Made by a program: the position numbers and the translations under genes | Source of the DNA: Thermoproteota archaeon | GTDB taxonomy: Archaea; Korarchaeota; Korarchaeia; Korarchaeales; Korarchaeaceae | DNA length: 64,000 bases | Assembly: GCA_027491395.1 (NCBI GenBank) | Contig: JAOZFI010000006.1 | Span: 81,388-145,387 of the forward strand | Direction: 5' to 3' | The notes under the pieces: generated by a model | The model's database searches: none | What the model was told of the DNA's origin: nothing | The model's input: only the letters and a program-made list of their open reading frames with translations | Shown here: in pieces, positions 49,870-58,703 of the stretch | Position numbering within the stretch: the stretch's first letter is position 1 | Layout: each line of letters starts with the position of its first letter

Positions 49870-50255
49870 GGGCCGTGGTGGATACCAATGTGCTGATTTA
49901 TGCCTACTTCAGTGATGCGGAGAAACACGATGAAGCTAGAAAACTCCTCTTTTCCCTAGACAAGTGGATAATCCCACTCATAGTTGTGGTGGAACTGTTC
50001 TGGTTCAGCAGAGGAGCTGGTCTCGATTCTAAAAGAACGAGGGATTTGATACTAACGTATTTAGCGGATAAACGGGCCGAGCTGGCGCACAACGAGCTGG
50101 ATGAGATCCTCGACTCTCTGTCATGCGATGATCCCTTGGACTGGGAAGACGAACTCATACTATCCATAGCCGAGAGGGAAGGCATTCCTCTGGCTACCTT
50201 CGATAGTAATATGAGAGGTAAAGCGGAAGAAAGGGGTGTTCAGGTTATTCCGTGA
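49866..50255 (+). CDS. vapC: PIN-domain ribonuclease (VapC-like toxin)
   Basis: VVDTNVLIY, VVEL, EDELIL, LATFD acidic tetrad. Confidence 0.88.
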   Translation: MRAVVDTNVLIYAYFSDAEKHDEARKLLFSLDKWIIPLIVVVELFWFSRGAGLDSKRTRDLILTYLADKRAELAHNELDEILDSLSCDDPLDWEDELILSIAEREGIPLATFDSNMRGKAEERGVQVIP

Positions 50256-50260
50256 ATAGG

Positions 50261-50372
50261 TGGTGCCGGGGCCGGGATTTGAACCCGGGACCCCCGGATT
50301 TCCCAGCGGGAGCACCGTGGGCCCAACCCAACTTATGAGTCCGGTGCTCTAACCAGGCTGAGCTACCCCGGC
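50261..50372 (-). tRNA. tRNA-Met(CAU) elongator with 34-nt intron at 37/38 (intron 50300-50333), CCA encoded
   Basis: GCCGGGG acceptor stem; CCGGA-CTCATA^..^A-TCCGG; BHB motif CTCA/TGGG with TAA and AAA bulges. Confidence 0.93.
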
Positions 50373-50459
50373 TCCAATGGAGTGGATGGACCACCGCACT
50401 AATAAAAATTGTCCCTCATCGGTGGCGTGATCTACACACGATCGTTCATGTTCACAGGG

Positions 50460-50537
50460 GGCCCACGCTCGGTGTGAGCTGGGAACTCCATCTCCACTGA
50501 GGATTCGTTGATGTTCGCTCTCCTCATCGCGTGGGCC
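50460..50537 (-). ncRNA. Box C/D guide sRNA (predicted 23S A-loop and ~2577 region targets)
   Basis: 9-bp terminal stem GGCCCACGC/GCGUGGGCC; box C AUGAGGA, box D CCGA; guides GAGCGAACAUCA and CCCAGCUCACA; TATA-like CTTAAAAT ~25 nt upstream. Confidence 0.8.
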
Positions 50538-50609
50538 ATGTAGAGTGGGGTACCCCACATTTTAAGGTTATGGAGATATTTTTAACGCGTAAGCGAATCG
50601 TATAACCCG

Positions 50610-51332
50610 GTGATGGGCGTGGGCTTTGAAATATCTGAAGAGTTTGAAGAAGAGATCCCCTACTCACTCACCGACTACCTCCTTCAACCGATGAGGCTTT
50701 CTTCAACCGTCTTTAGGGCGATGGTGATCAAGCCGAAGCTCAAGTATTGGCTAGTGGCTCTACTGATAGGCTCCGTCTTCACTGGATTGGGCATATGGAT
50801 GATATTTCAGAAAATAGAGATCAGCTTGGTGGGCGGGGGGAACATACCGGAGGAGGCTTTAGAGGCGGCCAAGGAGATGATGAATGTATTCATAAAGAAT
50901 CCGGCAATCGTCTACTTAGAAGCCCTTCTCTCGGAACTCTTCATCCAGTTAGTAACCGCTGTGGTCCTCTTCGTGCTAGTGAAGCTCATGTCGGGTGAGG
51001 GGGGTTTCTCCTCATCGCTGATGGTGGCGGGCCTTAAGAACATACCTTCTATACTCTCTGGGCTCCTGATGGCATACTTAGGCTATATCATGCCCCCCAT
51101 GAGATGGGAGATAGACCTCTCTACTGGAAACGTAGGAGGGTTCGGTGGTGCGATGCCTCAGGGACTAGAGGTTCAACAGCAGGCCATAAACATGCTAGTC
51201 TCCTTGTGGATGGTAGTTGTTATTTATCTGGCTTGCAGATACGGTTTCAAGATGAACAAGGGAAGATCCCTGCTTACCGCGGTAATACTGTGGGTAGTTC
51301 TCAACTTCACGGTGTTCCTGAGTCTCCTATAG
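50610..51332 (+). CDS. Yip1-family membrane protein
   Basis: Five TM helices; P..VF, GEGGF..L...G...IP, W..V...G/A..M.KGRS pattern. Confidence 0.72.
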   Translation: MMGVGFEISEEFEEEIPYSLTDYLLQPMRLSSTVFRAMVIKPKLKYWLVALLIGSVFTGLGIWMIFQKIEISLVGGGNIPEEALEAAKEMMNVFIKNPAIVYLEALLSELFIQLVTAVVLFVLVKLMSGEGGFSSSLMVAGLKNIPSILSGLLMAYLGYIMPPMRWEIDLSTGNVGGFGGAMPQGLEVQQQAINMLVSLWMVVVIYLACRYGFKMNKGRSLLTAVILWVVLNFTVFLSLL

Positions 51333-51340
51333 TCTAACCT

Positions 51341-52165
51341 TCACTCCTCCCTATTTATTGAATAAAGGGCCAGATCCCTGAGCAAGTCTCTTTGGGGGGT
51401 ATCCCCCAACACCTCTAATTTCTCTATGGCCTCGGCGGCTAGACCGTTAGCCATCTCCTCCAAGAGCTCCCTCAATCCTTCCTCCTTAAGAAGGGAGGTA
51501 AGTTCCCCGGGAGATCCCCAGTCCAATAAATCATCCTTTATCTGGTAAGCCATCCCCATGTAGAGCCCATATAAACCCAGATCACCGGAGATGTCGGGCC
51601 TACCGGCAATCACAGCGCCCAATGATGTGGCCGCCTCGAAAAGGACGGCGGTTTTGTACTTGAGTATCTCGAGGTATTCGTCCAAGGAGAGGGGATCTCC
51701 AGCCTCCAACACCTGTACTTCCCTCATCTCTCCCACAGACATGAGTTTAGACGCCCTAGATAGGATCTCACCCACTCTCCTATCCTCGTACATGCTGGCT
51801 ATATCTAGGACCAGCGATAGTATGAAGTCAGCCACGAGAATGGACATCTCGAACCCGTACTTCATGTGGAAGGAGAACTCACCCCTCCTCTGAGTGCTCT
51901 TATCTATTATATCGTCGTGTATCAGGGAAGCCGCGTGTATGAGCTCTATCGCGGCAGCCGCAGGGCCCGGATTTCCGCTTCCACTACAGGCGTCATGGAC
52001 GATCAGGAGGAGAGCGGGTCTTACCTTTTTCCCTCCGCTCAGGAATTCCTTTAAGGGAAGGAAGAAAGGGGTGTTTGACTCTTTATCCAATATCTCGTCG
52101 ATGGCAATTCTAGCCTCACTGACGTAGTGTTCCAGCGATGATTTTATGCGGTCCTTTAACGCTAT
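51341..52165 (-). CDS. trans-polyprenyl diphosphate synthase
   Basis: GGKKVRP, HAASLIHDDIID..RRG, YKTA, YQIKDDLLD; start extended to a putative ATA at 52165. Confidence 0.9.
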   Translation of the reverse strand: MALKDRIKSSLEHYVSEARIAIDEILDKESNTPFFLPLKEFLSGGKKVRPALLLIVHDACSGSGNPGPAAAAIELIHAASLIHDDIIDKSTQRRGEFSFHMKYGFEMSILVADFILSLVLDIASMYEDRRVGEILSRASKLMSVGEMREVQVLEAGDPLSLDEYLEILKYKTAVLFEAATSLGAVIAGRPDISGDLGLYGLYMGMAYQIKDDLLDWGSPGELTSLLKEEGLRELLEEMANGLAAEAIEKLEVLGDTPQRDLLRDLALYSINREE

Positions 52166-52194
52166 ACGCGCTCACCTCAGTAGTGGCTGCTGCA

Positions 52195-52938
52195 TCACTC
52201 CTCTAAAATAATGCTCCTCCTCTTGACCACCTTATCGGGGTGCACAACTATTCCATTATCCGTAATCTCGAAGGGGTGCCTCCTCATGGAGTGGGCGGTC
52301 CCCCTCATCTTCCATATTATGAGGCTCCTGATGAGCTCGCCATCCCACTCATCCAAGTCCAGTCTAATGATGCCATCGGCCGCGTGTTCAACTCCGGGGC
52401 CGCCGAACCCTCTCTCGGTGACTCCCACTTGGCTTATCAATATGGATGTAGTTCCCATTCCCGATAACACCTTCTTCAGGAGAAGAACTGTTTTCCTCGC
52501 CACCACGGGCTTTGTCAGGTAGAGCGCGGTCACCGAATCCACAACGACCCTGACCGCACTTACTTCACTGATAGCGGCCTTCATCTCATCTATGAGACTG
52601 TGAACATCCTCCGGGTCAGTAACAACGTACTTCTCCCTCTTGGCTGCTCCCCCTATGCCACCGGTGTATGCATCCACTATAGCGAACCTGCCCGCCTCCT
52701 CGTAAGGCTTGGGATCCCACCCGAATGCGGACATGTTAATCCTGACCTGCACCGGGTGCTCTTCCAGAGCCACGTAAACGCCAGCCTCTCCATTCTTCAA
52801 TCCATTGTACAGGTACTGCATCCCGAAGATCGTCTTTCCCGTGCCCGGCCCGCCTGAAAGGAGTACAACGTTCCTCTCAGGTATGCCCCCATTGAGGAGC
52901 TCGTCCATGCCGGGTATGCCGGTCTTTACCCTCCTCAT
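52195..52938 (-). CDS. KaiC/RAD55-like single-domain RecA-fold ATPase
   Basis: [41 protein letters not shown]. Confidence 0.92.
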   Translation of the reverse strand: MRRVKTGIPGMDELLNGGIPERNVVLLSGGPGTGKTIFGMQYLYNGLKNGEAGVYVALEEHPVQVRINMSAFGWDPKPYEEAGRFAIVDAYTGGIGGAAKREKYVVTDPEDVHSLIDEMKAAISEVSAVRVVVDSVTALYLTKPVVARKTVLLLKKVLSGMGTTSILISQVGVTERGFGGPGVEHAADGIIRLDLDEWDGELIRSLIIWKMRGTAHSMRRHPFEITDNGIVVHPDKVVKRRSIILEE

Positions 52939-52976
52939 GAGCTCACCCGGTTCTAACTACTTTAAAGTAAGTAATA

Positions 52977-54374
52977 ATGTCAACTCCCGATGGGAAAATG
53001 AACTTGCTCGACATGGAAGAAGGTGAGATTAGGAGAGCACTCCGCGATGGTAGGATAAAAGTCTCAGTTTACGGATTGGGTCATGTCGGCTCCCCCATAC
53101 TAGCGGCGTGGCTCCAAGCGGGCGCTAGCGGTATTGGAGTGGATGTGGACGAGGGAAAGGTACTCAAACTCAGCAGAGGGGAGTCTCCAGTCGATGAGCC
53201 CTGTCTCACAGATGTCTTCAGAAAGGCCTTGAATGAGGGGAGGTTAAAGGCGACGAGTGATGGCGAATGGGCATCTAGGGAAACTCACGTCAAGATAATT
53301 GCTGTTCCGACTCTGATAGATGGTGAGGGAAATCCTAAACTCGATGCTATCAGGTCCGCAGCCAAGTCCATAGCCTCGGGACTTAAAGAAGGGAACCTAG
53401 TTATACTTGAGAGTAGCGTACCCCCCGGAACCACTAGAGGAGTTCTCAAACCCATTTTAGAGGAGCTAAGCGGGCTTCAAGCTGGAGAGGATTTCGGGCT
53501 TGCTTACAGTCCGGAGAGGATATCAGAAGGGAGGGCGTTGAGGGACATAGTCGAGTCCTATCCCAAGGTGGTAGGGGGTATCGATGCCAAAAGCACGGAA
53601 GTAGCGGCTAATCTCTACTCTCTGGTGGTTAAAAGAGGGGTGATAAAGCTGTCAAGTGATTTAGCTGCGGAGCTCGAGAAGTTGGCCGAGGGGATCTATA
53701 GAGATGTAAATATAGCTTTGGCCAATGAGATAGCAGCCCTTTGCAGGGGATTGGGCGTGGATTACGATGAGGTAAGGTTGGCCGCCAACAGTCAACCCTA
53801 TTCCCACCTACATAGGCCGGGTACGGGAGTTGGAGGCCTGTGTATCCCTGTGTACCCGAGATTCCTCATTTGGAAGGCTAAGGATCTAGATATGGAACTT
53901 CCTTTAACCGCTATCGCCAGAACTATAAATGAGAACATGCCTGCAGAGGTATCCAGTCTCGTCGGAGAGGGTATGAAAAGGCTCGGTATATCGAACCCTA
54001 AATTAGCTATCTTGGGGCTGGCTTTTAGAGGTGATGTACCCGACTCGCGTCTCTCCCCAACCTACGATCTGATAAATCACCTGCTCTCAATGGGAGTCAG
54101 GGAAATAGTTGTTCACGATCCTATAATAAGAGAGGATGCCAAGCTTGATGAAATGGGAGTACCTCTAACGAACGACTTAATCGAGGCACTGGGGAGAGCC
54201 GATATTGCAGTGATATCGACCGATCACTCCGCCTACCGAATGAAATCCAGCGAGCTGTTTCAGCTGTCAAATAAGTTGAGGTTGATAGTGGATGGGAGGC
54301 ATGTGATCGAGGTAGACTCTTTGCCCTCCGGGGTCTTGTATGTGGGGGTGGGGAGGCCTTGGAGGGAAGGCTAG
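52977..54374 (+). CDS. wecC: UDP-N-acetyl-hexosamine 6-dehydrogenase (WecC-like)
   Basis: GLGHVG, ESSVPPGTT, SPERI, RDVNIALANE, GVGGLCIP, LGLAFR. Confidence 0.85.
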   Translation: MSTPDGKMNLLDMEEGEIRRALRDGRIKVSVYGLGHVGSPILAAWLQAGASGIGVDVDEGKVLKLSRGESPVDEPCLTDVFRKALNEGRLKATSDGEWASRETHVKIIAVPTLIDGEGNPKLDAIRSAAKSIASGLKEGNLVILESSVPPGTTRGVLKPILEELSGLQAGEDFGLAYSPERISEGRALRDIVESYPKVVGGIDAKSTEVAANLYSLVVKRGVIKLSSDLAAELEKLAEGIYRDVNIALANEIAALCRGLGVDYDEVRLAANSQPYSHLHRPGTGVGGLCIPVYPRFLIWKAKDLDMELPLTAIARTINENMPAEVSSLVGEGMKRLGISNPKLAILGLAFRGDVPDSRLSPTYDLINHLLSMGVREIVVHDPIIREDAKLDEMGVPLTNDLIEALGRADIAVISTDHSAYRMKSSELFQLSNKLRLIVDGRHVIEVDSLPSGVLYVGVGRPWREG

Positions 54375-54973
54375 CCTACTAGCCGCCTCACCAAGTTTAT
54401 CGTGAAAACTTCGACTAGTGAATCCATGGCTGACAGTGCAAGCCAAGGATCTTTAGAAACGACAAATGCGCCATGCCTCAGTACTATAACGGCATTGACG
54501 TCTTTCAATGCATTAGATACAATCTCAGCCAATTCCTCAGTACCGTATGGCCTCCAAGGGAGTATTTTAACGTCCCTCAGCATGATCTTCGCTTCTTCTG
54601 TCCAATCAGACTCCCTCAACGGGGCTAGAACCTCTCCATCGATCTTCGAACTCACCATAGACATCGCCAGCCCAGTTACTACCGCGTGATGGCAGTGGAG
54701 AATGGCTCCCACATCCGGTCTGATCTCGTAGACCTTTAGATGTAGCTTCCACTCCGAGCTGGGCCTCCCTTTACCCTCTAGGACTCTCCCCTGGCGATCA
54801 ATCAGTATTATGTCCTCGGCCCTCAACCTTCCCTTGAATTCACCCGACGGGGTTATGAGTATCCCCTCGTCCACACGTGCGCTCGCATTTCCTCCTGCCC
54901 CAGTAGTATAACCCCTCTCATAAGCCAACTTCATGACTTCAGCCAGTTCTGAGGCCCTACCAGTAAGGTCCAT
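54371..54973 (-). CDS. Class II aldolase/adducin-family protein (FucA/MtnB-like)
   Basis: GGNASAR, ITPSG, PSSEWKLH, ILHCH, LRHG. Confidence 0.88.
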   Translation of the reverse strand: MDLTGRASELAEVMKLAYERGYTTGAGGNASARVDEGILITPSGEFKGRLRAEDIILIDRQGRVLEGKGRPSSEWKLHLKVYEIRPDVGAILHCHHAVVTGLAMSMVSSKIDGEVLAPLRESDWTEEAKIMLRDVKILPWRPYGTEELAEIVSNALKDVNAVIVLRHGAFVVSKDPWLALSAMDSLVEVFTINLVRRLVG

Positions 54974-55652
54974 GATGGTACCTCTCCATCATCCAGAGCC
55001 TCCTCAGGTACCTCACCCTATGCCTGTAGGGATACGCCATTAGGACCCCTGCTATGAATCCACCCACATGGGCCCAATAGGCAACCCCGGTGGCTTCTCC
55101 AGCTAATAGACCGGGAATGAGCTGCCATATGAACCAGAATGTTATGTAATACTTGGCTGGTATAGGTTCAACCGTTATGAAGTACCAGATGAGGATGGCT
55201 GTCATTATCCTAGCTTGGGGGAAGAAGACGAGGTAGGCCCCTAGTACACCGCTTATCGCCCCACTGGCGCCCACAGCAGGTATCTCTGATAGGGGGAATA
55301 CTGCCATGTGGAGGAAACTCGCAGCAACTCCAGATATAAGGTAGAAAATGATATACTTGAAGTGGCCGAAGGCGGCCTCCACATTATCCCCGAATATATA
55401 GAGATAGAGCATATTCCCCAACAAGTGGAGCCAACCTCCATGCATGAACATCGAGGTGAAGAGCCTGTACGCGTTGGAAGCGGGGTCCTCAAGGAAGAAC
55501 CTAGGGATAAACCCGTACTCGTAGATCAACAACTCGAACCTCGCGGGTCCGCCAGCTATTTCCCATAGGAAGACCAGCGCATTGAATAGGATCAATCCGT
55601 AGGTAACCCAAGGGGTTATCGGACTGGGATTCTCATCCTTGAAGGGGAACAA
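54957..55652 (-). CDS. Rhomboid intramembrane serine protease
   Basis: FTSMFMHGGWLHLLGNM, VGASGAISG, AYWAHVGGF. Confidence 0.95.
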   Translation of the reverse strand: MFPFKDENPSPITPWVTYGLILFNALVFLWEIAGGPARFELLIYEYGFIPRFFLEDPASNAYRLFTSMFMHGGWLHLLGNMLYLYIFGDNVEAAFGHFKYIIFYLISGVAASFLHMAVFPLSEIPAVGASGAISGVLGAYLVFFPQARIMTAILIWYFITVEPIPAKYYITFWFIWQLIPGLLAGEATGVAYWAHVGGFIAGVLMAYPYRHRVRYLRRLWMMERYHHGPYW

Positions 55653-55663
55653 GAGATCATCCT

Positions 55664-55735
55664 CCCAAAGGGCTCAGCTGACCCTCTTCTGGGCCATATA
55701 CACCCTCTTGCCGAATACTCATCATGGCCCTTGGG
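55664..55735 (-). ncRNA. Box C/D guide sRNA (predicted 23S helix 69 C1920 target)
   Basis: Terminal stem CCCAAGGGC/GCCCUUUGGG; perfect box C AUGAUGA (55725-55719) and box D CUGA (55677-55674); D guide AAGAGGGUCAG. Confidence 0.85.
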
Positions 55736-55754
55736 AAAATTGGGGGAAAAAGGC

Positions 55755-56315
55755 TTAAACTTTCACCCCCTTGAGGAGAGATTCACCGATCTCCTTACCT
55801 CTATCCACTGCTTTCAAGTTCAAATCTATGAATTGTGGCTTCACCATCCTCCTTATTGCTTCTTTCAAGTTCTCCAAGGGTATGATCCCGGAGACCGTGA
55901 CGAAAACTCCAAGCATGAGCATGTTCGCCACGAGCCTGTTGCCCAGCCTCTCAGCCTCATCAGTGGCGGGGATCTTGTAGATGACCCTCACCTTACCCTC
56001 CACCGGATCGAAATATTTGATCATTGAGGAGTCCGCTAATATTATGGTCTTGTCCAAGGGATATCTCTTGGAGAAGGTGTTAAGGGACATCTGATTCATC
56101 GCTACCCAATAGTCCGGGCTTATTATCTTAGGATAATCAATTTCCTCGTCAGAAATAACTACCTCAGATCTCGTGGATCCTAACCTCGCCTCGGGTCCGT
56201 ATGTATAGGTGGCAGCCGCGTAGTAGTTGCTCAGCACAGAGGCTTGGGATAAAACAGCACCGGATAGCACAACGCCCTGACCACCGAAGCCTGAGATCAT
56301 TACTTCAATCCTCAA
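55755..56315 (-). CDS. korC: 2-oxoacid (2-oxoglutarate-type):ferredoxin oxidoreductase gamma subunit
   Basis: SGFGGQGVV, YGPEARLG, IPAT..A, NMLMLG, NLKAV..G. Confidence 0.9.
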   Translation of the reverse strand: MRIEVMISGFGGQGVVLSGAVLSQASVLSNYYAAATYTYGPEARLGSTRSEVVISDEEIDYPKIISPDYWVAMNQMSLNTFSKRYPLDKTIILADSSMIKYFDPVEGKVRVIYKIPATDEAERLGNRLVANMLMLGVFVTVSGIIPLENLKEAIRRMVKPQFIDLNLKAVDRGKEIGESLLKGVKV

Positions 56316-56643
56316 GCCACCACACCCCCTTTCTGACGATATCATCCCTCTTCCTAACCCTTTTCAACCAAGGATTCTCATACTTCTCTTCCACCTCTAA
56401 AAGCTCCTTCTCCTCCTTCTCATCCACTATGACTTGGAGTGCGAAGTCGGGGCAGTACCATTCACAGAGCCTGCAGGCCCTGCATTGGTCTATCCTAGCG
56501 GCATAGGGCTTTTTTACTCCCCTCCAATTTCTTTCCTCGCTTACCTCTAGGACATCCCATGGGCAGGCCCAGATGCAGAGGTAACAGCCTTTGCAGAGTT
56601 TATCGCTCACTGCTATCTGTTGCACCTTCACCGGAGATGCCAT
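56305..56643 (-). CDS. korD: 2-oxoacid:ferredoxin oxidoreductase delta subunit (2x[4Fe-4S])
   Basis: CKGCYLCIWACP, CRACRLCEWYCPDFA. Confidence 0.9.
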   Translation of the reverse strand: MASPVKVQQIAVSDKLCKGCYLCIWACPWDVLEVSEERNWRGVKKPYAARIDQCRACRLCEWYCPDFALQVIVDEKEEKELLEVEEKYENPWLKRVRKRDDIVRKGVWWLED

Positions 56644-56648
56644 CGAGC

Positions 56649-57500
56649 TCACCTCCCCCTGCCCTTTGCCCTCTCCTCTAGCTCCCTCAGTTTCTCAGTG
56701 TACTCCTTTCTGTCGGTCCTGTGCAAGTACTCCCCTACTATGATCTTGCCCCTCAGCTCCTCAGGGCTCTTGTTCTTCGCAACTCCCAAGGGGATGGAGT
56801 TCTCCTTAAACCACTGCATCATGTCCCTTGGATCGGGACGGTTCAGTATGTACCTGCCAGCGTAGGTGGGGCACTGGAACACTATCTCTATAGCAGCGAA
56901 ACCTTTGTGCTTTACCGCCTTCTTTATACTGTTTTTAGCCTGAATGAAGTGGTACGTCGTCCATCTAGCCAGATACGTGGCTCCAGCAGCCTTTAAAAGT
57001 TCCATCAGGTCAAAGTTGGGCTCTATGTTACCGTAAGGTGTGGTATTCGTCCTAGCTCCTTCGGGAGTGGTTGGAGACATCTGACCTCCTGTAAGGGAGT
57101 ACAGCATGTTTGTAGCTATGATTGCGGTGATTCCTATGTTCCTCCTTGCCGCATGGATCAGGTGATTACCTCCTATTCCCATGCTATCTCCATCCCCCAT
57201 TACCACAACGACGTTTAGATCCGGCCTAGACGCCTTCAATGCAGTAGCGAAAGCCAGCGCCCTACCGTGCAGGGTGTGAGCCGCGTCCCTCCTGAAATAA
57301 AGAGGGGTCCAACCGGAGCACCCTATACCCGACACGAAAACAGTCCTATCCCACTCCCCCTGTCCCAACTCCTCGAAAGCCATCAGGATCATCCTTTCAA
57401 TGATGCCCAAGCCGCAACCGGGGCAGAAGGCGTGGGGCATGATTTCAGTTCTCATATACTTCTTAGCTAGAACATGCTCGAATTCCGCTTCAGGAAGCAT
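56649..57500 (-). CDS. korB: 2-oxoacid:ferredoxin oxidoreductase beta subunit
   Basis: FCPGCG, SGIGCS, HTLHGRA, GDGD..IGGNH, TGGQMSPTTP. Confidence 0.93.
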   Translation of the reverse strand: MLPEAEFEHVLAKKYMRTEIMPHAFCPGCGLGIIERMILMAFEELGQGEWDRTVFVSGIGCSGWTPLYFRRDAAHTLHGRALAFATALKASRPDLNVVVVMGDGDSMGIGGNHLIHAARRNIGITAIIATNMLYSLTGGQMSPTTPEGARTNTTPYGNIEPNFDLMELLKAAGATYLARWTTYHFIQAKNSIKKAVKHKGFAAIEIVFQCPTYAGRYILNRPDPRDMMQWFKENSIPLGVAKNKSPEELRGKIIVGEYLHRTDRKEYTEKLRELEERAKGRGR

Positions 57501-57504
57501 AACA

Positions 57505-58662
57505 TCACCTCACAGCACTCTTTATCGCAGCTAAAATTTCATCTGGATGATGGAGTACTCCTCCCACCTTGGGCACTGACATCACTTTTGCCTGTCCTTT
57601 GGAGGCCCTGTCCACCTCTCTTACGATCTTTCCCATGTTCATCTCAGGCACAATTATGGCCTTAACCTGACTGGCGGTCTCCTCTATGAGACGATCATAG
57701 AAGGGCCATAGCGTGATCATCCTTATCAGACCAGCCTTTATACCTTGGTTTCTGGCTTCTCTGACAGCTCTAAGGGCAGTTCTCGCCGTAGAACCGTAGG
57801 CAACGACGGCAACCTCTGCATCCTCCATGTATCTCTTCTCGTACATCGATATCTTGTCTACGTTCTTCTCTATCTTGTAATAGATCCTCTTTATCGTTCT
57901 CTCAGCGGCCACATGATCAGTCCCTATCCTGTGGCCGAATTCATCGTGCATCACGCTCTCTACCAGTACGTTATAACCTTCTCCAAATGCAGGCATGGGA
58001 GCCACCCACTCGCCCGGATCCGGGAGATAAGGTATATAGTCCTCCGGAGGGACATTAGGTCTCCTTCTCTCGACTACCTCTATCTCCTCGTACGGGGGGA
58101 CCTTGACAGGTTCCCTGACGTGTGCGATAACCTCATCTGCGAGTATTATCACAGGGTTCCTGTAAGTCTCAGATAGGTTGAAGGCTTTGATGGCTAAATC
58201 GAACATGTCTTGAGCGCTAGACGGGGCTAGGGCTATGGTGGCGTAATCGCCGTGGCTACCCCATCTGGCCTGCATCACATCTCCTTGAGAGGGCAGGGTC
58301 ACGAGCCCAGTAGAGGGCCCACCCCTCTGGACATCCACTATCACAATGGGAGTCTCCGTGATTATCGCGTAACCGAGACCCTCTTGCATTAGGGAGTATC
58401 CTGGCCCGCTGGTAGCGGTCATGGACTTCCTTCCCGCCCAAGAAGCGCCGATGATCGCCATTATAGATGCCAATTCATCCTCCATCTGCATGAACACTCC
58501 ACCGACTTGGGGCATACGCCTAGACATCCTTTCAGCGATCTCTGTGGCTGGCGTAATCGGATAACCGGCAAAAAACCGGCATCCTGCAATTAGTGCGCCC
58601 TCTACTATCGCTTCATCACCCTGCATTAGATGGGTTCCAGGCTCGACATACAACCCTAACAC
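57505..58662 (-). CDS. korA: 2-oxoacid:ferredoxin oxidoreductase alpha subunit
   Basis: GYPITPATE, QMEDE, TATSGPG, QRGGPSTG, PEMNMG. Confidence 0.93.
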   Translation of the reverse strand: MLGLYVEPGTHLMQGDEAIVEGALIAGCRFFAGYPITPATEIAERMSRRMPQVGGVFMQMEDELASIMAIIGASWAGRKSMTATSGPGYSLMQEGLGYAIITETPIVIVDVQRGGPSTGLVTLPSQGDVMQARWGSHGDYATIALAPSSAQDMFDLAIKAFNLSETYRNPVIILADEVIAHVREPVKVPPYEEIEVVERRRPNVPPEDYIPYLPDPGEWVAPMPAFGEGYNVLVESVMHDEFGHRIGTDHVAAERTIKRIYYKIEKNVDKISMYEKRYMEDAEVAVVAYGSTARTALRAVREARNQGIKAGLIRMITLWPFYDRLIEETASQVKAIIVPEMNMGKIVREVDRASKGQAKVMSVPKVGGVLHHPDEILAAIKSAVR

Positions 58663-58703
58663 CGGCCGTAGCCCCTATTGAGTAGAAGAAAAATATAGCG
58701 CAT

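Noticed and set aside
50470-50520. 23S rRNA-like fragments on the plus strand
   Set aside because: Only ~10-nt matches, in reversed order; explained as antisense of the C/D guides
49430-50558. ORFs 49430-49657 and 50349-50558
   Set aside because: Artefacts overlapping tRNA-Pro, tRNA-Met and the C/D sRNA
52195-52938. Circadian KaiC clock
   Set aside because: Single-domain archaeal KaiC-like ATPase with no KaiA/KaiB nearby
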